Of a stretch of 64,000 nt of DNA, positions 49,167 through 58,788 are shown piece after piece; within the stretch, counting starts at the first letter, position 1; each line of letters begins with the position of its first letter. The position numbers and the translations under genes are program-made. This stretch comes from a virus. The stretch spans positions 91,888 through 155,887 of the IMG/VR virus record IMGVR_UViG_3300027848_000009. One strand, written 5' to 3'. The notes beneath the pieces are model-generated. The model saw nothing but the letters and a program-made list of their open reading frames with translations. It had not been told where the DNA came from and ran no database searches.

Positions 49167-49640
49167 TCAGTTGAGGAGTGTTTCCCAGTTGTCTGGTTCT
49201 GGTGGTGTCATGGCGTAGAGCGTCTCGGCGAGTGATTTAAGGTAGTTTTGCCATTCGGTGACGAGGAGGTCGGGGTCTTTGTATTGTTCGACCTGGTTGT
49301 ACGACAGGTCGGTCGGGCTACAGAGCCCGAGCAGCATGTCGACAATTTTGTCTGATATGAGTTCGTCGGAGACGACCCCGAGTACGACTTCTGGGTTGGC
49401 GGACAGGAGGAGCATCGGTCCGAAGTCTCCGAGGACGTCGTACGGAAAATGTAGACATTTGACGATACGGGTTCCGACGTTGCCGGCGAACAGGAGTTCT
49501 TGGGCTTCGCGTCCTCGGCCTGCTTCGAAAAGCTCGGTTTTTATTAGTTTCGCGAAAGTTGGTGTTCGTTCTTCGGCGGTGAGCGACAGTATCCAAGAGG
49601 CCAGCTCTTCGGGTAGGCCCATATCAAAATTTTCGGTCAT
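49167..49640 (-). CDS. hypothetical protein
   Basis: GGAAAGG RBS; acidic. Confidence 0.7.
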   Translation of the reverse strand: MTENFDMGLPEELASWILSLTAEERTPTFAKLIKTELFEAGRGREAQELLFAGNVGTRIVKCLHFPYDVLGDFGPMLLLSANPEVVLGVVSDELISDKIVDMLLGLCSPTDLSYNQVEQYKDPDLLVTEWQNYLKSLAETLYAMTPPEPDNWETLLN

Positions 49641-49730
49641 TGCATTTTCCTTTCCACCACCGTTAATGGTTGAGGGTAACTTTTTGTTTTAGTTTGATTG
49701 GTTTTGTTATTTCGTACTACTGTAGACCCC

Positions 49731-50153
49731 ATGGATAATAGAAACAGATTTGTCATGTACATTAGGGCTCTCGTCCAGTACAGAAGTCGAGAGGGCCACC
49801 CGGACGTCCCGGCTCTTCACATCGAGATTCTTGATGGTCAAGAGGTCCGTCTTGGTGCGTGGGTTGGCTATGTCCGGCAGCGTCGCCGTGCTGGGAAGCT
49901 GAGCGAGGAGCGTGTCGAGTCGCTGTCGTATGTGATTGGCTGGAAGTGGGGGCCATTGAAGCCGGGGCCTCGGAGTGATGGGGAGAGGAACTCTGAGATT
50001 GTCTCTGATCGTTCCGCTGGTTCGAGCTTGCAGCAGATCGCCGATAAGCATGGTTTGTCGAGGCAGAGGATCCACCAGATCGTCACGTCGAGGGAGTCCC
50101 CGTTGTGGGGATACAGTAAAGAGCTTGTCGAGATTGGTGACAGTCATGTCTGA
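49731..50153 (+). CDS. helicase-associated (HA) domain plus HTH protein
   Basis: AL..Y..REGH.DVP...LGAWV...R.....G.L..ER...L....W.W, then SLQQIA..HGLSRQRIHQI. Confidence 0.8.
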   Translation: MDNRNRFVMYIRALVQYRSREGHPDVPALHIEILDGQEVRLGAWVGYVRQRRRAGKLSEERVESLSYVIGWKWGPLKPGPRSDGERNSEIVSDRSAGSSLQQIADKHGLSRQRIHQIVTSRESPLWGYSKELVEIGDSHV

Positions 50154-50355
50154 GCCTGTTCGCGTTTCTGCTGTTGTTGCCGGGTTCATGTTCACGGTTC
50201 TCTTGCACACTGCCATTTTCTTTTCCATCTCGAAGGCTCTCTCTAGGGCTGGGGTAGTCCCGGATCTTTCTTGGGGCCAGTCTGGTGTGATTGCTGTCGG
50301 GTACGTTGTGTCTAGGGTTTGGATGTCGTTTGTGACGACGAGAAGCGACGACTGA
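50146..50355 (+). CDS. small membrane protein
   Basis: Two hydrophobic segments; overlaps upstream stop. Confidence 0.55.
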   Translation: MSEPVRVSAVVAGFMFTVLLHTAIFFSISKALSRAGVVPDLSWGQSGVIAVGYVVSRVWMSFVTTRSDD

Positions 50356-50358
50356 TCA

Positions 50359-50381
50359 TGCGGGAGGTTGGTCCTCCCGCA
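50359..50381. terminator. hairpin between convergent genes
   Basis: TGCGGGAGG-ttggt-CCTCCCGCA perfect 9-bp stem. Confidence 0.65.
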
Positions 50382-50390
50382 CGATGAGTG

Positions 50391-51830
50391 TCACTGGCCG
50401 GATGCGTAGGAGCGGAGTCTGGGTGGGAGGGTGGTTACCGGTTTCTGTCCGGTCGCCATCTTCTTGAATAGTTCAACGGCGTCGGTCATGTGTTCGGCGC
50501 AGAGGATGCGGTTCTTGAGAACGTATTTCGCGCATTGGCGATCTAGGGTCTCGTGGAAGCCGTCGCCGATGCCGGAGACTCCACCGTCGGAGACCCATAC
50601 GATGGGTTCGTTTCGGCGGCGATTTTTGATGGCCCATTGGAGTGCTGGGAGATCCACTCCGTTACCGGCGGCGATGTTGTCTAGCTCTCTATACATTTTG
50701 CCGTTTTGTGCGAGGATCCAAGCGTTGTCGCCGCCTTGACGGTTCCACGAGTATGCGAGGACGGTTGCTCCGGGCGCATGTTTGACGATTGTGTGGATCT
50801 GGTCACGGGTGAACGACATGGAGACTGAGCAGTCGAGTACAACAATTCCGCCTCGTGCTCGAACTCGACGATCGAAGATCCGATATTCGGGGTCTGTCAG
50901 GTAGCGGTTGACTCGACGTGGGTTTCGACCCATGTTTGTTGCGACACGCTTCTTTCCCATTGTCCCTGTCGAGATTACGTCTAGTTGGACTTTCCCGAAC
51001 TTCAGTTCGCCCCATGCTGGGATGGAGTCAGATGAGGATACTGTGTCAATCGTTTTTGCTTTGAGCAGTTCACCGAATTCTTCGGGGGTGATTGCTTTTG
51101 TCGTTTCTCCGGGTTTCGTTTCTCCGGAGCCTGCGGAGTCTTCGGAGTCTTCGGAGTCCGGTTTCGGTGGCGCCTGTCCGGCGATCCGATCGATCCACTC
51201 GGCGAGTGCTTCGGTGTAGCGGAAACCTAATGGGGCGAGCCCTGTGGTTTCGTCGACGTTGGTCGAGGCTAGTACGCTTCTCGTTTCCCAGCCACGTTGC
51301 TGTTGTTCGATTTTTTTGAAGTGTTGGATGGCACGCTTCTGGATTGATGCGAGGTGGGTTCCCCAGTCGCGACGACAACGGCGGACGCCTGTCAAATATT
51401 TCTTTGACGATGCTGTGCCAGCTGTGGCGATGGCGAACATGACGGCGGAGTGCCAGTCGCCGAGCATTGCGATGCGTTCGCCGTCGGCGGTCTCACCGTC
51501 GTCAGACAGATCGTTCATCACGTCGAAACCGGCTCGGCCGACAAGGAAGTTCACTCGAAGTTCTTCGCATGCGATTAGCGCTTCTTCCGATGCGATTTCT
51601 CTAGCGACCCATTTTTTGAACTCGGCGCCGGGAGAGATTTTGGCGTGCATCATTTCGTGTGCTCGAATGACACGAGACATCGCTGATTCGTCGCCGGGGG
51701 CCACGATCTTGCGATTGATGATGTCGGTGTGGGGTAGGCCACGTTTGGGGGCGCAGACGTCGGTCTGCCAGCGGCCATGCTCGACGTCTTTGCGAGTCAG
51801 GACTTCCGGTTCTGTTCCGATGACAGTCAT
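50391..51830 (-). CDS. HEXXH metallopeptidase-like plus VWA domain protein (AAA partner)
   Basis: RAHEMMHA...EELRVN; VLDCSVSMS MIDAS-like; WVSDG. Confidence 0.75.
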   Translation of the reverse strand: MTVIGTEPEVLTRKDVEHGRWQTDVCAPKRGLPHTDIINRKIVAPGDESAMSRVIRAHEMMHAKISPGAEFKKWVAREIASEEALIACEELRVNFLVGRAGFDVMNDLSDDGETADGERIAMLGDWHSAVMFAIATAGTASSKKYLTGVRRCRRDWGTHLASIQKRAIQHFKKIEQQQRGWETRSVLASTNVDETTGLAPLGFRYTEALAEWIDRIAGQAPPKPDSEDSEDSAGSGETKPGETTKAITPEEFGELLKAKTIDTVSSSDSIPAWGELKFGKVQLDVISTGTMGKKRVATNMGRNPRRVNRYLTDPEYRIFDRRVRARGGIVVLDCSVSMSFTRDQIHTIVKHAPGATVLAYSWNRQGGDNAWILAQNGKMYRELDNIAAGNGVDLPALQWAIKNRRRNEPIVWVSDGGVSGIGDGFHETLDRQCAKYVLKNRILCAEHMTDAVELFKKMATGQKPVTTLPPRLRSYASGQ

Positions 51831-51831
51831 G

Positions 51832-52548
51832 TCAGATCGCCTCAATTCTCATGGCATCGAGGATGCCTACCGCACGATCCTTGAAAGTGATCTTTGCTGC
51901 GTCTTCGGCACCGAGCGACTTGCGTAGCTGGTCGAATGTTTTGAATGCTCGAAGCGAGACTCGACGTGGGCCAGCGTCTGCCATGTTGCGGGCAACCGTG
52001 CGCAGGTCTGCTGAGAGAGCGAGCAGTGCGTCAGGGTGCGGTTCGTTGATCCGTATCTGTACGGGGAACCTATCGACGAGTGCGACGGGAAGGTCTTCCA
52101 TGTCTTCAATGTTCGTTGTCATGACGGACGAGAAGCCCGGGCGAGGTCTATGGGTTCGGCTAGTTTCGGGGTGCGTCCATTCTGCGGACTCTGGTGAGTC
52201 GAGGATGGAGAGCAGGGTTGCGAATACGTCGCCTCCGGCTTTGTCGATTTCGTCGACGACGAGTCGTCCTCCGTTGAGTCCGTCGCCTTCCCATGCTTTG
52301 ACTCCGGATCCGAACATCCATTGGAAGCCGTTGGGTCCGGGGAGGAAGCCGCCTGTGACGTCGAAGTTGGTCATGTCTTCGGTGCAGACGAGACGGAATG
52401 CTCCGGCGGAGACGTTTCCGTGGTGGAGTCCTGCGTAGGTTTTGCCGGTTCCGGGAGGGCCGTAGAGCAGGATGCGGTCGATGCCGGAGTCGAGGCATTG
52501 CTGGAAGTGCTTCCAGCAGGTGGGGAGGTTTTCGGTGGCAGTAGTCAT
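51832..52548 (-). CDS. MoxR/CbbQ-type AAA+ ATPase
   Basis: GPPGTGKT, LVVDEID, MTTN, ALVDRF, VSLR. Confidence 0.88.
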   Translation of the reverse strand: MTTATENLPTCWKHFQQCLDSGIDRILLYGPPGTGKTYAGLHHGNVSAGAFRLVCTEDMTNFDVTGGFLPGPNGFQWMFGSGVKAWEGDGLNGGRLVVDEIDKAGGDVFATLLSILDSPESAEWTHPETSRTHRPRPGFSSVMTTNIEDMEDLPVALVDRFPVQIRINEPHPDALLALSADLRTVARNMADAGPRRVSLRAFKTFDQLRKSLGAEDAAKITFKDRAVGILDAMRIEAI

Positions 52549-52725
52549 GAGGGTTCTTTCAGTAGTAGTAACTAGGTGACATGTAGTAGTGAACACCTTA
52601 TTAGCAGGATTTCCAACCTGGTGACAGATTTTTTTTACGATTCCGTAAACCGGATCCTCCACAACCACAGTCAAGACCTTATTCGAGCAAACCACAACCC
52701 GTCTGTACAGATCTATCCAAAATAC

Positions 52726-52746
52726 TTATCCCCAGCCTGTGGACAA
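52726..52746. promoter_or_regulatory. inverted DnaA-box pair upstream of the AAA/VWA operon
   Basis: TTATCCCCA-gcc-TGTGGACAA. Confidence 0.6.
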
Positions 52747-52756
52747 CCCGGGACCC

Positions 52757-53251
52757 CTACACAACCCTATTCTGATCCTCAAACGCCTCATACAACCCAT
52801 TCTTCACCTTCTTGTACCGAGGAGCACCCTTCACATACTTCATCACCGAAGCATACGACAGCCCCGAGATCTCCACAAGATCATCAGGGGTGGCCTGCTC
52901 CAAAGGGTGATCGAACGCCCACTGATCCAGTTCCTTGTACTTGTCAGCAATCTTTGTTTTAGGTTCAAGCGGGACTCCGGTCTCCTCAGACGAGTCGCAG
53001 TACTTCCCAATCACATACTCACGAACTTCTGTCGGTATCCCATATTGCGAGAGAACACGATCAGCCGACCCGCTGCCATCCCACTTTTCGAGAACGTACA
53101 TTGCGTGCAGCGCCTTGTCGGCAAAATTTCTTCCTTCGTTCGGCATGGGGCCACCAAAGTTGACGTTTCCCCACTTTTCACGAAGAGCATCCCAGAGCGC
53201 CTGATGCTCTTCCTTGACTACCTCGATTGTAATGTTTTGCTTCATCCCCAT
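52757..53251 (-). CDS. hypothetical protein with C-terminal HTH-like segment
   Basis: AGGAG RBS; TPDDLVEISGLSYASVMKY. Confidence 0.65.
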   Translation of the reverse strand: MGMKQNITIEVVKEEHQALWDALREKWGNVNFGGPMPNEGRNFADKALHAMYVLEKWDGSGSADRVLSQYGIPTEVREYVIGKYCDSSEETGVPLEPKTKIADKYKELDQWAFDHPLEQATPDDLVEISGLSYASVMKYVKGAPRYKKVKNGLYEAFEDQNRVV

Positions 53252-53309
53252 CCAATTTTCTCCTTTTTTATGACATCCCTGAACGGGAGTCAAGTTTTGG
53301 TGCTTCACA

Positions 53310-53340
53310 AGTGTGGACTTTATTAAGCTGTTTGACAACC
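53310..53340 (-). promoter_or_regulatory. sigma70/SigA-type promoter of the cassette family
   Basis: GGTTGTCA-N17(contains TAATAA)-CACACT. Confidence 0.65.
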
Positions 53341-53417
53341 AGCTGTCGGTTTTTATCCCAGAAACCATAAAACCGGACTGAGCGTGATAAACTGTAACCA
53401 GCACGGAGGTGCAACAC

Positions 53418-53582
53418 ATGCGTAAAATCGACGGTCAACCAAACGAGTTCGGAACCTTTGTTCCAGCAGAGAAGCCGACAGCCCCGCCCGTGCCGGCAGT
53501 TCTCGAAGAGCCTCAAGCCGAAGAAGCCGAAGGCGACGAAGATTCAGGCTGGACCAAAAAGGGCAAGCGCAAGTCCAAGTGA
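53418..53582 (+). CDS. 54-aa protein, acidic middle and basic tail (not in ORF track)
   Basis: TAAACT -10, GGAGGT RBS, MRKIDGQPNEFG...KKGKRKSK. Confidence 0.6.
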   Translation: MRKIDGQPNEFGTFVPAEKPTAPPVPAVLEEPQAEEAEGDEDSGWTKKGKRKSK

Positions 53583-53748
53583 TTCCAGAAAAGGTTTCCT
53601 CCACCGTGATGCGTTGAAGACGTATCCGTGGAGCCCCCTTGCTACCGGGGGAGGCGAACCGGGCACCGTTTATCGGGGCTCTGCAAAACCCCCGGAACCC
53701 CATAGTAGGGGTCGGGGGTCTTCGCCTTTTCCGGGCCATGCAGCCGCC

Positions 53749-53937
53749 CTAGTACGCTAGTGCTTCCCAAATAGCGTCACCGATAACGCTCCAGCCTGCC
53801 TCAAGCATTTCTTGGGCCACATACTCTCCCCAAGCGTTTTGGAGATCCCGATTGGCACCATCACGTCTCGCCCACGTTGCACATCTGCGCTTATTCGGGT
53901 CAACAGCAACGTGGGGCAAAGATTTCCTCCACCCCAC
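53749..53937 (-). CDS. hypothetical protein
   Basis: 62-aa ORF in a minus-strand run. Confidence 0.45.
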   Translation of the reverse strand: MGWRKSLPHVAVDPNKRRCATWARRDGANRDLQNAWGEYVAQEMLEAGWSVIGDAIWEALAY

Positions 53938-53949
53938 GCTGTCAGGTTC

Positions 53950-54384
53950 TCACTTGACTTCTACACGGTCGATGATGGACCGAACCTCTTCCGAAATTGA
54001 GCGGTACATGCGTTCAGTCTCCGACGCGTCTTCAGCCCAGAAGGATTCGCTAGGGGCGATGGCCGGTGTTGCCGGATCGTTGGCGATCACGAGGTTTTTG
54101 CGTTCAACCCAGCGTGCTCCGTCGCCGCTGACTGGTGTGACAAGGAGGTCGAGGTGCCCGAATCTGGTTCGAGCACGTTGAATGGTTGTGCGGATGGTGA
54201 GGTCGCCGACCATAAAGTCAGCGCCAGCCCCGACGTATGCGTCGAGGTCAACCTTTCCGTCCGGCTTCCGAGCCACGAGGGTTCCTTTGGGTGATGGTGT
54301 GTCTACGATGTCCATGGTGTTTTGGTTATTGCTTCCTCCGGTTGGTACCGGGTAGTAGGTAGTGGGTAATGTATCTGTTGTCAT
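53950..54384 (-). CDS. hypothetical protein
   Basis: MTTDTLP... start; RFGHLDLLVTPVSGDG..WVE. Confidence 0.6.
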   Translation of the reverse strand: MTTDTLPTTYYPVPTGGSNNQNTMDIVDTPSPKGTLVARKPDGKVDLDAYVGAGADFMVGDLTIRTTIQRARTRFGHLDLLVTPVSGDGARWVERKNLVIANDPATPAIAPSESFWAEDASETERMYRSISEEVRSIIDRVEVK

Positions 54385-54476
54385 TTGACATCGCAACCTG
54401 CGAGCCAATATTTTTTCGACGACCCTTTCCTCCACCGTAATGGGTTGGAGGGGGTTGAGCGATTCTCGGGGCTCCC

Positions 54477-54665
54477 TTACGGGGTCAGCCACTCGGTCTT
54501 GTCGACGGTTCCGGTGAGGTGGTCTTCGAGTGCCTCGGACGTTCCGCAATCTGAGCAGATCTCGGTCTTGTTGTCGGTACGAGAAAACGCCCCGGGGTAA
54601 GCCCCGGGTGTCACGTTGTTGGGAATCCAGTCGCCGCAGCGTGGGCATACCGCCGGGATTTTCAT
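54477..54665 (-). CDS. zinc-ribbon protein
   Basis: CPRC...GA.SRTDNKTEICSDCG..EA. Confidence 0.7.
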   Translation of the reverse strand: MKIPAVCPRCGDWIPNNVTPGAYPGAFSRTDNKTEICSDCGTSEALEDHLTGTVDKTEWLTP

Positions 54666-55033
54666 GCTGTCTCTTTGGCGAGTGTCTTGCGGGCGGGGAG
54701 GTTCTTCCATGCGCCGTCCTTGTACTTGTCCACGTAGTCGGCGTTGTTGCGGGCGTAGGTGGCGAAACGGCCTGCTGATTCTTGGCCCATGAGTTCGAGG
54801 TAGAGGTCGGCAATTCCGGCGATTTCTTCGATGGTATAGAGGTATGAGGCCGAGGGGTCGGACTTGTACGTCAGGTCTACGACAATGCGGCGTCGGTCGG
54901 TGTGTCCTTCACGGATGGTGCGGTGGTCCTGCACGGAGAGTGCGTGGAGTGCGGTTGAGTCCGACACGTCGAAGACCATCTCAACGATGGGGTGCGCGTC
55001 GTCTATGGTTGTGTAGATGGCTGCTGGTTTCAT
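54662..55033 (-). CDS. KTSC-like domain protein
   Basis: LTY......YLY.........Y..LM..ESAGRF; leaderless promoter. Confidence 0.55.
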   Translation of the reverse strand: MKPAAIYTTIDDAHPIVEMVFDVSDSTALHALSVQDHRTIREGHTDRRRIVVDLTYKSDPSASYLYTIEEIAGIADLYLELMGQESAGRFATYARNNADYVDKYKDGAWKNLPARKTLAKETA

Positions 55034-55180
55034 GTAGGGAACGATATCGCTTATGACCTATAGTGACAACCTTGCTGTAAATAAATGTTGAGATTTATGT
55101 AAAAGTCGTGGTCAGTGGCCATGTTTGAGATTTTTTTGGTCTGAGGTTGTGAAAGGTTCCCATAAGCTATTGACTATTAG
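55034..55180. promoter_or_regulatory. divergent promoter region
   Basis: Minus strand: AGGTTGTCA-N17-TATCGT-N7-ATG(55033). Plus strand: AGGTTGTGA at 55144-55152. Both spacers contain CATAAGC; AT-rich centre. Confidence 0.65.
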
Positions 55181-55220
55181 GTGAGGGGAAGTACCCCAAC
55201 TACTGACGAAGGAGAATCTA

Positions 55221-55328
55221 ATGGGAGCCGAAGATTTCACTCACGCTACTATGGGGGCCACGATGGACGCCTTCATGGCCCAGTGGCGAGCAGAGCAACG
55301 CCTAGCCGATCGTGAGGCGGCAGCATGA
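55221..55328 (+). CDS. 35-aa protein
   Basis: AAGGAG RBS; ATGA coupling to next gene. Confidence 0.55.
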   Translation: MGAEDFTHATMGATMDAFMAQWRAEQRLADREAAA

Positions 55329-55639
55329 AAAAGCGTCACCGTGACGCACTGATCGCCGCACTCCAAGTCCCACCGGACGAAGGCGGCTACGTCAAAACGG
55401 TCGGTAAGCTCGTTCGAGAGGCTGACCGAGACAACGACACCGACACATTCTGCTGTCTCGGTGTCGCTTGTGACATCTTCGGGCTTTGGGAGAAGGACGG
55501 ATACGAACAGGGCGTAGGACTCACGTTTCCGCAAAGGCAGGCGCTAGGAATGTCACCCTCCGAGCACGCACGGCTCGCCAACATCAACGACAGCAGCGAC
55601 ACGTTCGGCCCGGTCATTAAAGCATTGCGGGGCATGTGA
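55325..55639 (+). CDS. hypothetical phage protein
   Basis: AL......Y....GKL......FCCLGVACD...LA.IND....F.. Confidence 0.7.
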   Translation: MKKRHRDALIAALQVPPDEGGYVKTVGKLVREADRDNDTDTFCCLGVACDIFGLWEKDGYEQGVGLTFPQRQALGMSPSEHARLANINDSSDTFGPVIKALRGM

Positions 55640-55834
55640 TGAGCGGCACGGACGCACGCCGCCAATGCTCCTGTGGTCGCTGCTAGACAACAACCGGCCG
55701 TCGAGCCGCCGCTGCCGTCGAGGCGTACAACGACAAGTGGGGTCCGGCTATCGGCGTCGAGGTAGCGCCGGGTCACTTCGTGTTCATAGGAATCGCGAGT
55801 AGCTGAGCTACTCAATCACACAAAGGAGAATGTA

Positions 55835-56356
55835 ATGGGAATGGACGTATACGGCAAGAACGCCCAGTCGAAGGCGGGCGAATACTTTCGCAATAACGTG
55901 TGGTCGTGGCACCCCTTGTGGGACTACTGCACAGAACGTCACGACGACGTGATCGAAGACCACGAGGGACTAGGGTCATCAAACGACGGTTTCTCGCTAG
56001 ACGAGGATCAGGCTCTGACGCTCGCTAACCGCCTGTTCGACGATATCGAGAACGGCGACACCGAAAAGTATCGGATCCGATACTACGAAGATCTGAGCGA
56101 TCTCCCCCGCACCGATTGCGAGCATTGCAACGTTACCGGTATTCGTGACGACCAAGTGGGAGTGGCGCACGGTATGCCGAATCGGGAATTGGACGAGGCC
56201 ACAGCAATCCTCGTCGGTCGAACGCACGGCTGGTGCAACGCCTGTCAGGGCGTCGGCACGAGAGAGCCGTGGCAGGCCAGCTACGATTTCTCGGTCGAGA
56301 ACGTGAACGACTTCGCCGGGTTCTGTATGAACTCCGGAGGATTCGAGATTTGGTAA
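55835..56356 (+). CDS. hypothetical protein with CxxCxxxG zinc finger
   Basis: AAGGAG RBS; MGMDVYG...YFRNNVWSWHPLW; CEHC/CNAC; SGGFEIW. Confidence 0.8.
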   Translation: MGMDVYGKNAQSKAGEYFRNNVWSWHPLWDYCTERHDDVIEDHEGLGSSNDGFSLDEDQALTLANRLFDDIENGDTEKYRIRYYEDLSDLPRTDCEHCNVTGIRDDQVGVAHGMPNRELDEATAILVGRTHGWCNACQGVGTREPWQASYDFSVENVNDFAGFCMNSGGFEIW

Positions 56357-56550
56357 TGGGCCTCTTCGGAGGAATCATCGTCTACGGCTTCGGGAAACGT
56401 CGCGGTCGCAAACAGGAAGTCCGATGTTCCCTGAAGCAAAACGTCGGGGCTGGCGACAGAGATTTCGGGCGACACGAATGTAACAACTATTATAGATTCT
56501 GTCGCGGCTACGGCTCTTGTGATGGAATGACCTGCGAGTACGGAGAATGA
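56356..56550 (+). CDS. small Cys-rich protein
   Basis: TAATG and ATGA coupling. Confidence 0.55.
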   Translation: MGLFGGIIVYGFGKRRGRKQEVRCSLKQNVGAGDRDFGRHECNNYYRFCRGYGSCDGMTCEYGE

Positions 56551-57032
56551 ACGAGGAAACGGGGCTCCCCTCTGATAACATTTGTCAAGTGGATACCAAT
56601 ACTGGACCCCCCGACACAACCAAGTTCTTCTCCACCCACGTGTGCGGCGACCGCATCTATTGCGAAGACGAGGAAGGCGACTGGTTTGACGAATGTCGCG
56701 GCGAATGCTTGTCCGCTCAACTGTTAGATTTCGAGGAAACGCTGCAAGGCTGGTTTGACCAAAGCAAGACGACGTGGTACGGAGTGTCGAACGTTGCCAT
56801 CGTCAACGATGACCAGACGTACGGCCGTGACTCGGGCTATCTCTCAATTCCGCGTGTGAAAGATCTGCTTGATTTTTTGGTTCACCTTGTGGGCGACTTC
56901 TCGATCCGATACGAGGTCCCGGAGTTGGGCGACAAGGAGTTCCATTTCTGGCAGGATAGTCGGAGCGATGAGGGGTGGACGGAGGATTTCAACTGGGTGC
57001 GTTGCAAGGTGTTCCACTCTGTTGCCCGGTGA
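56547..57032 (+). CDS. acidic hypothetical protein
   Basis: 161-aa ORF, coupled. Confidence 0.65.
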   Translation: MNEETGLPSDNICQVDTNTGPPDTTKFFSTHVCGDRIYCEDEEGDWFDECRGECLSAQLLDFEETLQGWFDQSKTTWYGVSNVAIVNDDQTYGRDSGYLSIPRVKDLLDFLVHLVGDFSIRYEVPELGDKEFHFWQDSRSDEGWTEDFNWVRCKVFHSVAR

Positions 57033-57036
57033 GAGT

Positions 57037-57122
57037 GAGGGACAACTTTCCTCACAATTATTTGCCTCGCACGTTGTGGTTGAGGCTAATAACCGGCAGA
57101 CTGTATCCATGACACAAGCAAC
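57037..57122 (+). promoter_or_regulatory. promoter cassette 1 (degenerate DnaA box)
   Basis: GAGGGACAA, TTGTGG(57074)-N17-CAGACT(57097)-N6-ATGACACAAGCAAC(57109). Confidence 0.75.
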
Positions 57123-57642
57123 GGCTACAATCACACCGACCGATACGTCAACACTTGTTGACGACGGCGACATTCTTGACATCACCGATTCTCGTAGGCT
57201 CGTCCTACACGTCAAGCATGACGAAGAGTCCTCGATCAACGACTATGAGGGGGATGGGCGAACACACCCGTGCGGCCGTTTGGGTCGCGCCAACCGCCCT
57301 GACGACTTCTCTGGTCGGGCACGCAAACTTCAGGTCTCTCGTTCGGAGTGGGTCTGGTGGGAGCCCTACGACGGACCAATTGGCTGGACTGACGCCAACG
57401 ATGTCTGGCAGGCCACCAAGTGGGACAACCTTCCCGAAGCTCAGCGCCAGATTCAGGTAGGGCGAGTGACTGACCTTATAGCCTTCGGCTTCCAACTGGT
57501 CGGCGTCGAACTACAGGAACGTGTTACAGACTCTCGTGGCGGCAGCCATTGGATCAGCGTAGACACAGAATGGGTCGGTGCAGTCGATGAGATCTACCCT
57601 GAGTTGGTCAGCGATCTGGCCGAGGAGGTCATGTCTTTGTGA
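57109..57642 (+). CDS. hypothetical protein (MTQAT start)
   Basis: Leaderless start from cassette 1. Confidence 0.75.
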   Translation: MTQATATITPTDTSTLVDDGDILDITDSRRLVLHVKHDEESSINDYEGDGRTHPCGRLGRANRPDDFSGRARKLQVSRSEWVWWEPYDGPIGWTDANDVWQATKWDNLPEAQRQIQVGRVTDLIAFGFQLVGVELQERVTDSRGGSHWISVDTEWVGAVDEIYPELVSDLAEEVMSL

Positions 57643-57821
57643 ACTACGCACGCCTGCACACTCAGCTACAACGTACCGCTGCCGTTCTGCTCCGCAGTCC
57701 CCCGTGCGATACGCATAGATACAACGAAGTGTCTGGTGCGGCCCGCATGTGTCTCGCAGCTAGCGAGGGTGATGCGATCGCAGGGTTCAACGCCACGAGA
57801 ATGATTCGTTCTCGATCGTGA
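57639..57821 (+). CDS. hypothetical protein
   Basis: GTGA coupling, GAGG upstream. Confidence 0.4.
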   Translation: MNYARLHTQLQRTAAVLLRSPPCDTHRYNEVSGAARMCLAASEGDAIAGFNATRMIRSRS

Positions 57822-57870
57822 GTGCCGCAATCCGGTTGTAGCCCCGCCCTGCGGGTGGCATCAGCGGCCC

Positions 57871-58097
57871 CTTTCCGCCACCGTGTTCCTTTGCGTCTAT
57901 TGCGTTTATTGCGTTTATTGCGTTTATTGCGTTTGCTGTGGTCTTGTTGGGTGGGTTTTGGGTGAACGTTGTTCGGGGCTGTTGGGCTGTGGATAACTTT
58001 GACTTTATCCCCACCCTGTGGATAACTTTCCCGATATTTCTTTGCCATCAGGTTGTGATTGTGTCTAATAACGGGCAGACTGTACCTATGACACAAG
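57871..58097 (+). promoter_or_regulatory. promoter cassette 2 with 3 DnaA boxes
   Basis: CTTTCCGCCACCGT; boxes at 57988, 58005, 58017; TTGTGA(58053)-N17-CAGACT-N6-ATG(58088). Confidence 0.88.
57891..57935 (+). repeat. 5 x 9-bp tandem repeat TTGCGTYTA
   Basis: ttgcgtcta ttgcgttta ttgcgttta ttgcgttta ttgcgtttg. Confidence 0.9.
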
Positions 58098-58405
58098 ACA
58101 CCGAAACAATCACGAACCCCGACGAGTACAACGGATGGGTCAATCGGGAGACGTGGGCGGCTGCGCTCCATCTCTCCAACGACGAGGGACTGTACCAGCA
58201 ATGCTTGGAGCTGGTCGCTGGCAAGCTGCGCTGGTCTGCCGGTGATGCCATCGAAGCGTTCGTGATGGAGCAGGTCGAGATGATCCTCTTCCCATACGAG
58301 CACGATGTGCCACCGACCGACCTGTGGCGCATGTTCATCTCAGATGTCGGCAGCATGTGGCGTGTCGATTGGCAAGCCGTAGCTGCCTCGTTCATGGAGG
58401 CGTGA
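58088..58405 (+). CDS. hypothetical phage protein
   Basis: YNGWVNRETW...L.L.NDEGLY...RVDW..VA. Confidence 0.8.
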   Translation: MTQDTETITNPDEYNGWVNRETWAAALHLSNDEGLYQQCLELVAGKLRWSAGDAIEAFVMEQVEMILFPYEHDVPPTDLWRMFISDVGSMWRVDWQAVAASFMEA

Positions 58406-58407
58406 CA

Positions 58408-58743
58408 ATGGAAGCTGACTGGACTAGCGAACGAATCGCAACGACCCTCACAATGGCAGCCGATATACTCGATAGGGACGGGTGGCGACGAGGGAGCTTC
58501 AACACTCACCTTCGTGCGCCACACTGTCTCATCGGTGCGATCCGCACCACAAACGAGGATGAATGGGTGAGGAACTCGGCCATTGAAGCTATCCGAGCCG
58601 AACTCGGAAACAACACCGAACACACTGCCGAGCAGGCGTTGGTCCTGTGGAATGACAGCGCCAGTGACGGGTGCCGAGATGGTAGACATGCTAAGCAGGT
58701 ATTGCGTCGCACGGCGCGTAAACTGAACGCCGAAGCTGGCTGA
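58408..58743 (+). CDS. DUF6197-like protein
   Basis: AADIL...GW..G......CLIGAI...WND; GGAGG RBS. Confidence 0.65.
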   Translation: MEADWTSERIATTLTMAADILDRDGWRRGSFNTHLRAPHCLIGAIRTTNEDEWVRNSAIEAIRAELGNNTEHTAEQALVLWNDSASDGCRDGRHAKQVLRRTARKLNAEAG

Positions 58744-58788
58744 CCGGGACTGACTACGGGGGCCGTCGGTTCCGCAACCGAACGGCCC

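Noticed and set aside
52561-52595. TAG repeats as DnaA-trio unwinding element
   Set aside because: Short, about 130 bp from the nearest box, and overlapping a probable 5' leader; not adjacent to a box as in true origins.
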